Assembly (NCBI GenBank): GCA_030167865.1
Contig: JALAGF010003335.1
Location: 62,001-124,493, forward strand
Reading direction: 5' to 3'
Length of the DNA stretch: 62,493 nucleotides
From: Craspedostauros australis
Lineage: Eukaryota
Below, in pieces: positions 46,308-58,460 of the stretch; position 1 is the stretch's first letter; every line of letters starts with the position of its first letter. The notes below the pieces were generated by a model that saw only the letters and a program-made list of their open reading frames with translations, made no database searches and had not been told where the DNA came from. A program made the translations under genes and the position numbers.

Positions 46308-49300
46308 ATGGGAAAGGAAAAGAAGAACAAGAAGGAGAAGAAGTCGACGCCGCTGACGGCGGTGGAACGCATGGAGGACATGGCGCTGACCTCCAGGATC
46401 ACGGAGGCCTTGGCGCCGCACCTGTCGGGCGTGCAGGACAAGACGCTGTCGGAGTTCATCATCCACCTGGTGGAGAAGCAGATAAAGAAGGACATGGAGG
46501 CCAAGCTGAAGATGGAGCCCGTGAATCCGATCCAGCAGGCGCAATCCGTCAAGACGCGCTTGGGACAGAAAGGTGCGCCGGACATCCCCCTCAGCATGTG
46601 CCGCCAGCTGCTGGAATGGATCGAGGTCGAGTCGCCGCGCGTCAAGAGGCATGCGGCCAGCCTCGAGAAGAAGATAGCCTCCAGCGCCAAGGCCAACGCC
46701 GTCATGTCGGGCGGCGACAAGCCCAACAACCCCCTCAGCGCCAGCTTTCCCGGATTGGCCAAGCCCAACCTCGCCGGATCCGTGCCTCTGGATGACTTCA
46801 AGGAGCTGTCGCCTCAGGACATGGAGAAGAACAAGAGCATGAAGCGCGAGCGCGATGCCGGCGGAGACAGCAGCCAGCGACGCGGAATTTCGAACCTCCC
46901 AGCGTGGATGACCAAGGACGGAGGCGGCGCGGCTGCTGACAGCAAGGATGAGCCCGCCAGCAAGAAGAAACGACCCGACGGCCTGGAGCTCTACCAGATC
47001 CTGCAGGCGAAGATCTCGAAGGTGCAGGACACGGGGCTCAAGCTGCGCACGGACAGCGGAGAGGAGGGCACGGTGTACAAGGCGCAGCTGCCAAACGATT
47101 ACAACAAGAGGGATTACCGTCAGAACCAGCCGGTCTGGGTCAAGGTCATTTCCCTCACCGCCAATAAGATCGTCTTCAGCGTCAAGGACGTCGATCAGAA
47201 GAGCGGTCGCGACATCATGCCGCACCGCAACGTCATGGGCAGGAAGGACGAGGAGGAGCGCTCGGCGATGCGCAGCAGCAGCGCCAGCGTGGTGCATCCA
47301 GGTCTCGACGTGGCGGCCGTCAAGCGTCAGCAGGCCGAGGAGGAGGCCAAGGCCAACTACCTCAGGTCAGGCAAGGCACCGGCCTCCGCCCAGCCTCGCC
47401 GTCGTAAGCAGCATCTCAAGGAGCACGAGCTCTTCGAGGCGCAGCAGCTGATCAAGTCCGGCGTCCTGCCGGTCGATCAGTATCCCACCTACGATGCCGA
47501 GCTGGGCATGCTCGCCGTAGAGGAGACAGAGGAGGAGACCGACGTCGATCTCGTCGAGGTCGAGCCATCCTTCCTCAGAGGTCAGACCAAGCGCAGCGGC
47601 CGTCGCGATCTCGAGGAGCCGGTCAAGATCGTCAAGAATCCGGACGGTTCCATGCAGAGAGCTGCCGTGCAGCAGGTCTCGCTTGCCAAGGAACGTCGCG
47701 AATTGCGTTCCGCGCAGGCCAATCAGCTCATCGATTCCATCCCCAAGGATCTCAATCGTCCATGGGAGGATCCCATGCCGGAGGCCGGCGAGCGACACTT
47801 CGCGCAGGAGCTGAGATCCATCAACGTCATGTCGCAGGTGGATGGCGCGCCGGAATGGAAGCAGAAGGCGGAGAGCAAGACGCTGTCCTACGGTATCATC
47901 TCCAACAAATCCATCAAGGACCAGCGCGAGAGCCTTCCCATCTACAGGCTCAAGCAGGAGCTCATGCGCGCCATCAAGGAGAACCAGGTCCTCGTCGTCA
48001 TCGGAGAGACGGGTTCCGGAAAGACCACGCAGATGACGCAGTACATGTGCGAATTGGGATTCACGGCCAAGGGCGGCAAGGGTAAGGGCATGATCGGTTG
48101 CACGCAGCCGCGTCGTGTCGCCGCTGTCTCCGTCGCCAAGCGTGTCGCTGAGGAGTACGGGTGCGCTTTGGGAGAGGAGGTTGGATACTCCATCCGTTTC
48201 GAGGACACCACGTCCAAAGACACCATCATCAAGTACATGACCGACGGTATGCTCATGAGAGAGTACCTCGCCGACAACGATCTGTCGCGATACTCGGCCC
48301 TCATGCTCGACGAGGCCCACGAACGTACGATCCATACCGACGTCCTCTTCGGCCTCCTCAAGGATCTGTGCCACAGGCGTCCGGATCTCAAGATCATCGT
48401 CACATCCGCCACGCTCGATGCCGAGAAATTCTCCAGCTACTTCTTCCAATGTCCGATCTTCACCATTCCGGGTCGAACGTTCCCCGTCGAAATCCTGTAC
48501 ACCAAGGATCCCGAAAGCGACTACCTCGATGCTTGCATGATCACCGTCATGCAGATCCATCTCTCCGAACCCGCCGGAGACATCTTGGTTTTCCTCACGG
48601 GTCAGGAGGAGATCGACACGTGCTGCGAGACTCTCTACACCCGCATGCAGGCGCTCGGTGACATGGCGCCAGAGCTCATCGTCCTCCCCGTATACTCGTC
48701 GTTGCCGTCCGAGATGCAGTCGCGAATCTTCGAGCCAGCACCGGAGGGAGCCCGAAAGTGCATCGTGGCCACGAACATTGCGGAGGCATCGCTGACGATC
48801 GACGGTATTTACTACGTCGTGGATCCTGGCTTCTGCAAGCAGAAGGCGTTCAATGCCAAGCTCGGAATGGACTCCTTGGTCGTCACGCCCATCAGTCAGG
48901 CATCTGCCCGTCAGCGTGCGGGACGCGCAGGACGTACCGGTCCCGGTAAGTGCTACCGTCTATACACGGAGCAGGCCTTCAAGACCGAGATGCTGCCAAC
49001 CAACATTCCCGAAATCCAGCGAACCAATCTGGGCAACGTTGTCCTGCAGCTCAAGGCCATGGGAATCAACGACTTGCTGGGATTCGATTTCATGGACCCG
49101 CCGCCAGTCGCGACTCTCGTGGGTGCGTTGGAATCCCTCCACGCCCTTGGATCGCTGGACGAAGAAGGTCTGCTGACGCGATTGGGACGCAAGATGGCCG
49201 AGTTCCCCCTCGAACCCAACCTCTCCAAGATGCTCATCCTGTCCGTCGACTTGGGCTGCTCCGAAGAGATTCTCACCATCACGGCCATGCTCAGTGTCGA

Positions 49301-49913
49301 AAATCCATTCTACAGACCGAAGGACAAGCAGGCGCAGGCCGACATGAAGAAGGCCAAATTTCACCAGACCGAAGGCGACCACCTCACCCTCCTCACCGTC
49401 TACAAGGGTTGGGAGGCAGCCCGCTGCTCCAACCCGTGGTGCTTTGAGAACTTCGTGCAGGCACGCAGCATGAAACGTGCGCAGGATGTCCGCAAGCAGC
49501 TCGTCACGATCATGGATCGGTACCGTCTCCTCCTGATGAGCGCCGGCAAGAACTACAAGCTCATTTGCAAGGCCATCGCGGCAGGATTCTTCACCAACGC
49601 CGCCAAGAAGGATCCGCAGGAGGGATACAAGACGTTGGTGGATCAAAACCCGGTCTACATCCACCCATCCTCCGCCCTCTTCAACAAGAACCCGGAGTAC
49701 CTCATCTACCACGAGCTCGTCCTCACCACGAAGGAGTACATGCGCAACATCCTGGTCATCGATGCCAAGTGGCTGACGGAGCTGGCGCCGGCATTCTACA
49801 AGAAGGCCGATCCCAACCGCATGTCAAGGGCCAAGCGCAAGGAGAAGATCGAACCGCTCCACGATCGCTTCAACCCCAAGGATTCGTGGCGGTTGTCGAA
49901 GCGAAGGGGATAG
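46308..49913 (+). CDS. PRP22: Spliceosomal DEAH-box RNA helicase PRP22/DHX8; no introns seen
   Basis: S1-like domain, [42 protein letters not shown] and C-terminal WRLSKRRG. Likely ATG at 46308. Confidence 0.96.
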   Translation: MGKEKKNKKEKKSTPLTAVERMEDMALTSRITEALAPHLSGVQDKTLSEFIIHLVEKQIKKDMEAKLKMEPVNPIQQAQSVKTRLGQKGAPDIPLSMCRQLLEWIEVESPRVKRHAASLEKKIASSAKANAVMSGGDKPNNPLSASFPGLAKPNLAGSVPLDDFKELSPQDMEKNKSMKRERDAGGDSSQRRGISNLPAWMTKDGGGAAADSKDEPASKKKRPDGLELYQILQAKISKVQDTGLKLRTDSGEEGTVYKAQLPNDYNKRDYRQNQPVWVKVISLTANKIVFSVKDVDQKSGRDIMPHRNVMGRKDEEERSAMRSSSASVVHPGLDVAAVKRQQAEEEAKANYLRSGKAPASAQPRRRKQHLKEHELFEAQQLIKSGVLPVDQYPTYDAELGMLAVEETEEETDVDLVEVEPSFLRGQTKRSGRRDLEEPVKIVKNPDGSMQRAAVQQVSLAKERRELRSAQANQLIDSIPKDLNRPWEDPMPEAGERHFAQELRSINVMSQVDGAPEWKQKAESKTLSYGIISNKSIKDQRESLPIYRLKQELMRAIKENQVLVVIGETGSGKTTQMTQYMCELGFTAKGGKGKGMIGCTQPRRVAAVSVAKRVAEEYGCALGEEVGYSIRFEDTTSKDTIIKYMTDGMLMREYLADNDLSRYSALMLDEAHERTIHTDVLFGLLKDLCHRRPDLKIIVTSATLDAEKFSSYFFQCPIFTIPGRTFPVEILYTKDPESDYLDACMITVMQIHLSEPAGDILVFLTGQEEIDTCCETLYTRMQALGDMAPELIVLPVYSSLPSEMQSRIFEPAPEGARKCIVATNIAEASLTIDGIYYVVDPGFCKQKAFNAKLGMDSLVVTPISQASARQRAGRAGRTGPGKCYRLYTEQAFKTEMLPTNIPEIQRTNLGNVVLQLKAMGINDLLGFDFMDPPPVATLVGALESLHALGSLDEEGLLTRLGRKMAEFPLEPNLSKMLILSVDLGCSEEILTITAMLSVENPFYRPKDKQAQADMKKAKFHQTEGDHLTLLTVYKGWEAARCSNPWCFENFVQARSMKRAQDVRKQLVTIMDRYRLLLMSAGKNYKLICKAIAAGFFTNAAKKDPQEGYKTLVDQNPVYIHPSSALFNKNPEYLIYHELVLTTKEYMRNILVIDAKWLTELAPAFYKKADPNRMSRAKRKEKIEPLHDRFNPKDSWRLSKRRG

Positions 49914-50671
49914 ATGCATGCCATGGATGGTGCGGATAGATTTGACGTTAATAGCAAGCCAAGTTCAATTACATCTGCAAATGCACAGGATGTTGGTTGT
50001 GCCTGTTGTTGTTGCTGTTGTGATGGATGGCGACGTGTGTTGTCATGGAGAGCGGAATCTGTCCATGCTATCTCGAAGCATCATGCATGACAAGGGAAGG
50101 GGAAAGCATTGTCCAATGAAAGGATGGATCAAGACTTTGGTTGTTTCTTGATTGGGTTTCTGCTAATGTTACATGAGTTCTCTACAAGGGGTTGCACCTT
50201 GTTCTGTTGCTGCTATCTTTCCTTTTCTCTTGTTTGTGGAAGATGCGCTATTTCTGTTTCTCCTCATTCTCGTGCACTGTGCTCAGCACAGTCGGTGAAT
50301 GTTCTGTGGATGGTGACAGCCGTCGTCGCAAGAGCACCAGAGCTCCAAGCAGCTGGTGTTTGCGTGGTCTGCATCTTCCATTCCATGCGTTCCCATCATG
50401 GCATCCCATCACTTCTTGGACAGTCATCCGACATCCGCGGCGTGCGAATGGTATGATGGCAAGGCAACCCCCATAGTTACCTGCTGGTATCGCTGTCGGT
50501 GATGCATGTTATTGTTGTTGTTGTTATTGATGAAAGGTTGTCGTCGGTGGTAGTCGTTGTTGTCGTTGATGCTGTTTGGATTGGTAGTAGCAATGTGGTG
50601 CCGTGTGTGTTTGTATGCACCACCATGCGAGTACGGTCCAATACAACCAACGTTCGCAGTCGACTTGATTC

Positions 50672-51745
50672 TTAAGGACGCGGAGCCAACACTCTTCTGG
50701 CCCATGGGTGTTTTCTGATTTCCGAGAGCGGCAATCGGTTGTGAGGGTTCTTCTGCAGCAACCGACGGATGAGATCCTGCGCATCTGCCTTGATGAAGTC
50801 AGGGAATCTGAGATCGACCTGGGAGATACGACGGTAGGTGGCCGAGTGTCCTTCGGCTTCGAACGGTGGCTGTCCGACGAGGAATTCGTACAGCAGGATC
50901 CCAAGAGCCCATAGATCGACCTTCTCGTCGTGATCGCGGCCCTCCACCATCTCCGGGGGCAGGTAGTCCAGAGTTCCACACAGGGTGGTTCTTCTGGATG
51001 ATGGCGCGTGGACGGACCAACCGAAGTCAGCAATCTTGATCTCTCCAGCCGCGCCGATGAGCAGATTCTCTGGCTTGATGTCACGGTGAATGATGTGCTT
51101 TGCATGGCAGAGCTGAAGCGCGTCGGCCATGTCGACGATGTGCTGAGCGGACGTGCGCTCGCTGAACCTTCCCTTGCGCATCAGCTGCTTGTAGAGCTCG
51201 CCACCTGGGGCGAATTCCAGAATGAGGTACACTCTCTTCTCATCGAAGAAGTATCCGAAGAGACGGAGGATGTTGCGATGGCGCAGGTGAGACTGGATCT
51301 CGATCTCACGTCTCAGCTGGTGCTCCACGCTGGCCTTGAGAAGTTGGGACTTGTACAGGACCTTGATGGCAACGATGTACTTGCTCTTGCGTTCTCTCGC
51401 GAGGTACACAGAGCCGAACTTTCCGCGTCCCAACGGTTTGCCGATCTCGAAGTCATCGAGGGTCCATTGTTCTCCCTTCTTCGCAGCGTCGCGCAGGATG
51501 TCATCAGTGGCAGTTGACTGCGATCCAGTTTGGGCGGTTGAGCTGTGCTGTGCCTGACGCGAGGCAGATGCGTGCGATCTGTAGCTGCCCTGCTTTCCGA
51601 AGGTGGACTGGCCGTATCCCGATGGCTTCACCGGATGCTGGTGCTGCTGCTGCTGTTGTTGGTGACGGTGATTCTGATCCTGCTGGTGGTGTCCATTGCT
51701 GGGATGGAAATGCAGGTTGTGATTTCTGTTTTCCTTGTCAAACAT
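50672..51745 (-). CDS. AURK: Aurora kinase
   Basis: [55 protein letters not shown] and an N-terminal KEN box. Confidence 0.96.
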   Translation of the reverse strand: MFDKENRNHNLHFHPSNGHHQQDQNHRHQQQQQQHQHPVKPSGYGQSTFGKQGSYRSHASASRQAQHSSTAQTGSQSTATDDILRDAAKKGEQWTLDDFEIGKPLGRGKFGSVYLARERKSKYIVAIKVLYKSQLLKASVEHQLRREIEIQSHLRHRNILRLFGYFFDEKRVYLILEFAPGGELYKQLMRKGRFSERTSAQHIVDMADALQLCHAKHIIHRDIKPENLLIGAAGEIKIADFGWSVHAPSSRRTTLCGTLDYLPPEMVEGRDHDEKVDLWALGILLYEFLVGQPPFEAEGHSATYRRISQVDLRFPDFIKADAQDLIRRLLQKNPHNRLPLSEIRKHPWARRVLAPRP

Positions 51746-52821
51746 GATGAGGTGTTGTTGTTGTGGTGGTGACGAAAGTGATAGTGATGTTGACGTTGAT
51801 GCTTGGCTGTCGATTGGATGAACTTCCCCTCGTTGTGAGCGAAGTGGTCGTCTGCAGAAAAGGGCAATGGGATCCCCGGCGATCCTAATCTTATCCGCAG
51901 CTGGTTAATGATGAAGATTTGCTCTGCGACGAGAAGAGAAGAGTTGGGCTATGGATCACGATGACGATTTGGGCATCCAGTGGATTGGGCTATCGTTTGT
52001 GCGCTTCGAACCTTCGTTGGACTTCTGTGGTTGTGAGTTGATCGATGACTGAGTGTAGACGTTGCTGGTCTTGTCGATGTTGTGCGTGTTGTGGTTCGTG
52101 TGGTATGTATGGTACGAGTATGTGCAGAGCAGATGGTGATTGTGTGGTCACTGCCGTCCTCGTAGCCATCAACGAGAAACAGCAGCACCAGCAGCAGCGA
52201 CAGTCGCAGGAGTATTGAGAAAAGCCGTAGTAGTTGTCGTAGTTGTTGTAGTAGTAGCAGTGATGTCATGCAGAAGGAGATGGGGAACAACAGACTTCGG
52301 TCGAGTAGAAGTAGATGAGCGGGCGATTGATCGATGTTTCCCACAGTCGCTGTCAATTGGTTGAGTTTGGTGGCTTCGAAATTCTCCTGGTTTGGCGATT
52401 TGATGCCTGCCCTGTGTGTTGTTTGAAGGTGTCTCACGCATCGCCAGGCGTGGCGATTTGATGTGGGACAACGCGTTTGAGCTTGGGATGGGTTTCGGCG
52501 AGCTCGAGGACCGTTGGCTTTTGAATCAGTTGAGGACAAAGAAAAGGCATCAGTTGGCGCCACAAAAATCAATCTCGACATGTGCCAGACGCAGTAGCAG
52601 TTAATTTCACATTCAAACGAACCCCGACTTGAATGGTTGTTGTATTGTGGTCGCATTGGTCGACAAGGGTGACACTTTCAAAAGGGACAAATGGAAACAT
52701 GCCGCCGAAGCGTCGTCGGTGTGAAGAAAGATTCAAGGGCTGTTCTGCGACAAACACAGCATGCTCCCAAACGACGAAAGGCGCATGAGCGTGGCGAACA
52801 TCCTCCCCCACCTCCTCCTCC

Positions 52822-52823
52822 TC

Positions 52824-52855
<32 letters not shown>

Positions 52856-52870
52856 CATAATCATCATAAT
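52822..52870. repeat. (CAT)n microsatellite followed by (CACACAAT) repeats, upstream of the next gene
   Basis: Seen directly in the sequence. Confidence 0.9.
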
Positions 52871-52907
52871 CAGCAACCACACAATCACACAATCACACAA
52901 TCGCACG

Positions 52908-53960
52908 ATGGGAACAACTCTTTGGTACTGCGTCGTGAAGGACGTCGAACCCCAGCAGCGCAAGATGCGCATCTGGCTTTGCCGATGGTACGCTGACGAA
53001 GTTCTGCCATGCACGCATGCCTTCTTCGCCTTTCTGCTGCACGAGATCTTCGAATACGCGGACGGCAACATGATGAACTTGGAATTGGAAACTTGTGAAG
53101 CAGCGCCAGACGAAATCCAGGAAATCGAGACGCAATCGTTCGACGCGTCCAAGTTCATTGAGACCGTGGAGATGGTGCGTTGGTGCGGGTTGAACGAACC
53201 CGTGGATGACACCAAGTACCCGTGCAACAAACGGTCTGACGGCGGCAGCACTCCCTACAACATCCAAACCAACAACCTGCAGGCAGAGTTCGTGATTACC
53301 GTCACAGATGCAAAGTATCTGCCAAGAAAGGCACATCCATCACCAATCGCTGGCAATCTGCACTTCTCGTCAACTGCCTACGACATGGGCAACAGAGAGG
53401 TTGGCCTTGGGCAACACATCAGTTCCATCATCCATCCTCGCGAAGAGTTCTTACTGCAAACGTCACACGTCAACAAGATCAGTACCAAGATGATTGGCAG
53501 GGATCCCAACGTGCTGCCCATCAAGAAATTGCTCAAGGAATTGAATTTCATGACGAACGTCACAACACGATGCAGCATGAGGACGTTGAGGGAGCATCAC
53601 CAAGGCATCATGTTCCATGGGGCGCGAAGCGGTCGATTGTTCATGGATCTGGCGTCGCTGGATAGGACCGCCATGGTCGCGCTGTCCACAAACAAGCTAC
53701 TCGAATACATCCAGAATGAAATGCTCAACGCAGTTTATGATGTTCTCGAACCTTCGGCGGATGGAGGCAATGTTGCCAGGGCCAAAGAGCTGAAACGACA
53801 AGTGGAGTCTGTTGTTTCCATCTCACTGGCACCGGATGTGTACCTCACCCCCAACCTGCGCGACGCGATGAAGTGGATGGTGACGTTCGTCAAGAAGTCG
53901 AACAAAGTTAGCAACGCCACCCAACTCGTCGACGTCTTCAAGCAATGCGTTCCAGAATAG
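52908..53960 (+). CDS. Hypothetical protein (about 350 aa)
   Basis: Complex, coding-like ORF from ATG 52908 (MGTTLWYCVV). The upstream poly-Ile extension only reflects the microsatellite. No family recognised. Confidence 0.7.
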   Translation: MGTTLWYCVVKDVEPQQRKMRIWLCRWYADEVLPCTHAFFAFLLHEIFEYADGNMMNLELETCEAAPDEIQEIETQSFDASKFIETVEMVRWCGLNEPVDDTKYPCNKRSDGGSTPYNIQTNNLQAEFVITVTDAKYLPRKAHPSPIAGNLHFSSTAYDMGNREVGLGQHISSIIHPREEFLLQTSHVNKISTKMIGRDPNVLPIKKLLKELNFMTNVTTRCSMRTLREHHQGIMFHGARSGRLFMDLASLDRTAMVALSTNKLLEYIQNEMLNAVYDVLEPSADGGNVARAKELKRQVESVVSISLAPDVYLTPNLRDAMKWMVTFVKKSNKVSNATQLVDVFKQCVPE

Positions 53961-54392
53961 AGTACTCTCCTCTTCACTATCGATAAAGTGCGGCAGCGAA
54001 GAGTAAATATAATATAATCCTCCAGTTTTAAATGTGCATCATGTGACAGAAGAACCGCAGAGACTATACTCGTATTATGATGTTGTGGGATGCTTGTTTG
54101 TTGGTGTTCACGGCACGACTACTCGTGGTATGCAGCACAAATGCAGAGCGTCTATTCTCGGCGTGGTGACTAACGGGGAAAACGACAAGAGAGTTGAACG
54201 TGGGACGATGACGCATTTTTCGCTTCCTCGTGTTTGTTGGTTCAACACCACATCATCATCGGCACAAATCCAATCCTTGGTTGTCGGAGACATCATCCAA
54301 CACATACTTGCTGGTGCGCGTTACGGCAGAGTTGGAGTTAGATTGGACGCAAGCGCAACAGCGTTCATTCATCACACACAACAAGGAGAATC

Positions 54393-55436
54393 ATGATGAG
54401 TTACGCGTCGACGAGCCACGCTTCCACGCTGCTGTGGATGGCGGTGATGCTGCTGCTGTTTGTGGGACATGGTGATGTTGTCAACGCTGGCGTGAACGCC
54501 TTCGTTCCACATCCAGCGCACGCGACGCATGTGGGAGCCCAGCGTCGGCAACACCCATCAAGGCTGCATGCTTCCGACGACAAGCCAACCGACGATGCAC
54601 CGACGTCTCCACCCACCGAACAGCCGCAGCAAACGCCACAAACAAACCGGCGCAACCAATTGTCGCCACGCGATATGATGAGGGCGCTGGGGACGTCGCC
54701 GCGACGCATCGCGCTGGGAACCTTGTCCGCGACTGGCATTGCTCTGGCTGGAAATCTCTTCGGCGTCACCAGCAAACTCTTGGCAACGGTGCCAGAAGAT
54801 ACGGTGGAGATGACCGGACTCGACACCTACTTCCCCAGAGGAGATTTCAAGCGGTGTCGCGAGAATGGATACACCTTCGTCATACCGAAGGAATGGGTGG
54901 CGGATACCTTCGTGGCACTCGCCAAGGCGCAACGACAGACGAGGACGTTGGACTATCAAATGTCATCGACATCATCGCGTCGCGCCGCCGGCGCCCCCTC
55001 CACATTGCCGGACTCCGCCTTCGGACCACCCGGCAGATTGAACAAGAACGGCGTCAGCGAACAGGGCGACACGAACGTCTCCGTCATCCGCTCCACGAAC
55101 CTCGTGGGATTCTCGTTGCAAGGCACGCTGGGATCGCCTCGCAACGCAGCGGATACTTTGCTGCGGGTCTCGTTGGCACCGGAAGGCAGCGGTCGTGTCG
55201 CGACGTTGGTCGATGCCTTTGACGATGCGGCACGGCAGGTCTACCAATTCGAGTACACGGTGGATCGCGGCGCACGCGGGCCGCCGTTGCGTGCCATCTC
55301 TGTGATTGGCAGCAAGGATTCGACGGCCCTCGTCACCATGACGGTTGTCGCGCCGGCGGAGGATTGGAAGAATGAGCTGACGTCGGCCAAGCTGCGTAAG
55401 GTTGCGAGCAGCTTTCATTTGACGGGGTCGTCGTAG
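54393..55436 (+). CDS. PsbP-domain (PPD-like) thylakoid protein
   Basis: Signal peptide ending VNA-FVP, a transit region, then RR plus a hydrophobic stretch (SPRRIALGTLSATGIALA). PsbP-like GYTFVIPKEW, NVSVI, LGSP, YQFEY and C-terminal ASSFHL. Confidence 0.85.
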   Translation: MMSYASTSHASTLLWMAVMLLLFVGHGDVVNAGVNAFVPHPAHATHVGAQRRQHPSRLHASDDKPTDDAPTSPPTEQPQQTPQTNRRNQLSPRDMMRALGTSPRRIALGTLSATGIALAGNLFGVTSKLLATVPEDTVEMTGLDTYFPRGDFKRCRENGYTFVIPKEWVADTFVALAKAQRQTRTLDYQMSSTSSRRAAGAPSTLPDSAFGPPGRLNKNGVSEQGDTNVSVIRSTNLVGFSLQGTLGSPRNAADTLLRVSLAPEGSGRVATLVDAFDDAARQVYQFEYTVDRGARGPPLRAISVIGSKDSTALVTMTVVAPAEDWKNELTSAKLRKVASSFHLTGSS

Positions 55437-55756
55437 ATAGTCAAGGATGGGGCGTAGTGGAGGTTTGCAAGCTCACGAGAGAGAGAGAGAGAGAGACGGC
55501 ACTACCACATTCCACGCTTATTGCAACATGGACGAGGAGAGAAAATGGAGGCTTGCGCATCCACGACGCCAACAGATAGAGCGATGAAATTCCAACCAAT
55601 CCATCGGTGTGAATGTGTGTGAGCATACGCTTGCAGAAAAGCTATAAGAGTAATAGCGTTGCTACTCTGCAGAGAGAAGACTGTTTCTGCATCCTTGCTA
55701 CGAGGACTCGAAAGAGCCATCGCCCTCTCTCTAGAGAGTATGTAAAAGTGCGCCAT

Positions 55757-57511
55757 TCATTTCCGCTTCCCGCGCTTCCCTTTCTTCTTGTTGTTCCTTG
55801 CTTTCTTGTTTTTGTTGCTGCCCTTGCCTTGCTCGGCGCGATCCCATTTGGTAATGTCCACCGACACAAGCTCCGAGTACATGTCGTCCGAGATTGTCAA
55901 TTCATCCGAGTCAGCGTTGGTTTGGAACACCTTTCGTATCTTGTCGCGCAGTTCTGCTTGCGGCGGTATCGTCGTCGTTTTGGGAGTCGCCAGTAGCGCA
56001 ATGTTGATTGCCCGTTCGCTGGAAGCACCGCCATCGTCGTCGTCATCATCATCGTCAGTATCCGCAATGATGAAGACAGATGCGAATACCGACGCGACGT
56101 TCGTGTAAACCTGCTGTGCGATCTTCTTGTCGCGTGCCGAAACATTGACGATGAGCGCGCTGCCTTCATCAAGCAGGATGGATTTGATCGTTGTCAAGTA
56201 CTCCACGCTGACGAACGCTTGTGGTGGGCACGTCATGCTGAAGCGTCGTTGTGTTTGTGATGAAGGAAGAAAAAAAAATACGCATGTAAGGTTGAAGAGA
56301 GTGCAGTAACGTAGGAGCAACAGATAAGTGTGAGTGTGAGTGTGAGTGCGAAGACGCAGAGGCAGCCAACCGATTCAAGCCAGTCACGGAATCCATTGTC
56401 CAACGATTTGGCAACGCAGCACTTTGCTTCACCATACCAAGCATCATCTCCAATGCACTCACCCAACAGTGCTATCTTTGGAATCCACATCAATCGCAAC
56501 CATGGCAAGCGAGTTGGGATGGAACAGTATTTGCTGCGCGTCGTCGCCATCGGCCTTTGCATCTCCATCAGCTCCGCTGGCAACCTTCAGACCATCGCCG
56601 ACAATGACCTGCATCGATGGATCGCGCTGCTTCAGGCCAAAGTAGTTCTCCGCAATTCCCACAACAGATGGGTCCAGCTCCACAGCCTTGAGCTGCATCT
56701 GTGGCAGTGCGTGCTGCAGAAAATTGACCAATCCGCCGCCGCCCAATCCGATGACGCAACTCTTCGCAGGAGCTGCATCTTTCTGGGATCGCAAGGCTGC
56801 ATCGTCGCAGAACAATGCCAGTCCCGCAACCATGCATTTGTGGTATTCGAACGCCAGATACGATTTGTCCACAACATCCACCGTGCCACTGTCGCTGCCA
56901 CTACCTCCTGTCCCAGTCGACTTCATGCGAACCTCCGATTGAATGACGAACGGATTGTTCGTGAAGTACAAACGCCGCATGATCTGATCGTCCGACTTGA
57001 CCTGCTCCACGAGGTATCCGCCTGACAGAGTCGTTTCACCTTCCACCAGTACGTCGCGGTTGCCAATGCCGTCGATCGCCATGAATGGAATGGCGTTTCC
57101 TGCATGCTGCTTGTGGTACGACGGCAAAAAGTTGCCCTGCCGACCAAGGATCTGCACGACCGACGTCAGTTCCTCCTGCACGGATGCCTGATCGTAAAAT
57201 TCATGGTTGCGACCGAAGGAAACCGCGATGAGACGTCCGCACTTGGCGCTGTCCGCAATCGAAAGCAAGCCCCTGTGGGAGGAGAACATGAACTCCGATT
57301 CGCGTCCAGCCGGGATGAGGAAGACGACGGTGCCGAAGGAAACCTGCGTGTTGCGAAGGAGCTTGCGATCCACCACCGTCAGGCGGTATCTGTAGTTCTG
57401 AGGCGTCGCAGCCTTGCCATCGTTGAGGTAGAGGAACAGCTGATCAAATCGCTTCGAATCTGACCAATCTAACGATTTCGGGTCGATCGGTGGTTGGATG
57501 TTCAGCTCCAT
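55757..57511 (-). CDS. METTL13 (eEF1A N-terminal methyltransferase) C-terminal-domain-like protein, 2 exons, about 509 aa
   Basis: Exons 57511-56463 and 56237-55757 (GTGAG...CAG, phase 2) rebuild IDVDSKDSTVGMTCPPQAF. Other motifs are FLIPAGRESEFMFSS, RRLYF...IQSE, EYH, IGLGGG and VELDP. Confidence 0.85.
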
Positions 57512-58460
57512 TATCTTCCTTCTTTCCTGATTTCGACTGATTTCTACCCGTTAATGATTGGAGATGATGGACACCTATCATAAAACGCAACTCTCTCCGA
57601 GCACGGGTACGAGCAGAATGGGTGTTGATGGTAAGAGCCCTCTTCCTTGGCTGTGTGGTGTCGGAGGCGACGGGCATTCACATGGAGACGACAGAGATTT
57701 GTGTTGTGGTCATGATCGTCAGTTCTCGTTTGTTGGTGGTATCATTTTGACGGACAAAGGTCAGACTTCATCGCAACACGCTCCACAGCAAAAAGATACC
57801 ATTTCGTTCGCGCCAGAATTGCGTGTGAGAAAAACCAAAAACGCAACACGAGGGTTTTGCACAATCCATACATTTCGCCATCTCGTCATTTCGCCATCTC
57901 GCCCCGAGCAAGGTGTCTGCGTCCGTTGCGTTTGGGCGGTTGAACCGTGTGTGAACCTAACAACGGAGACGCAACGACAATCCAACGAAGATTGTGCCCG
58001 AGATTCTGAAGCCTCAACGGACAGATGGAAGGTTGAGACGACATGCTCAACGACAATTCGTCCCACAAAGCGATATAGTGGATTGGATAAGTTGTGGCAA
58101 AGTAGACACATCGCGACTGGCGTCAGGCTCCCGAACAAGGAAGAGAAACAGATCTTTCGCCAGCCTTGCCGTGGAGCCTGATGGCCTTGTTGACCTTCCG
58201 ATGGTGATGAAGGTACTTGTGCTTCATCAAGAGAGATGCACGGTCAACCGATTCCTCATCTATGGGCGAAACGGGCATTGCAACACAAAGTGCACGGCAC
58301 AAGTACGCATCACGTCGCAAAGTTCAGAGTCGCACTCCTTCACATGCTCCTGCACCTGCTCTATTCCACTCTGCTCGTGCCCATTGTTCATGCTCATTGC
58401 TATTGTACAACATCACAAATCAAGAACGAAAACCAACAACACCATCGAAACAATCTCACC

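Noticed and set aside
52761..52907. Poly-Ile or poly-His N-terminal extensions
   Set aside because: Translation artefacts of the (CAT)n microsatellite.
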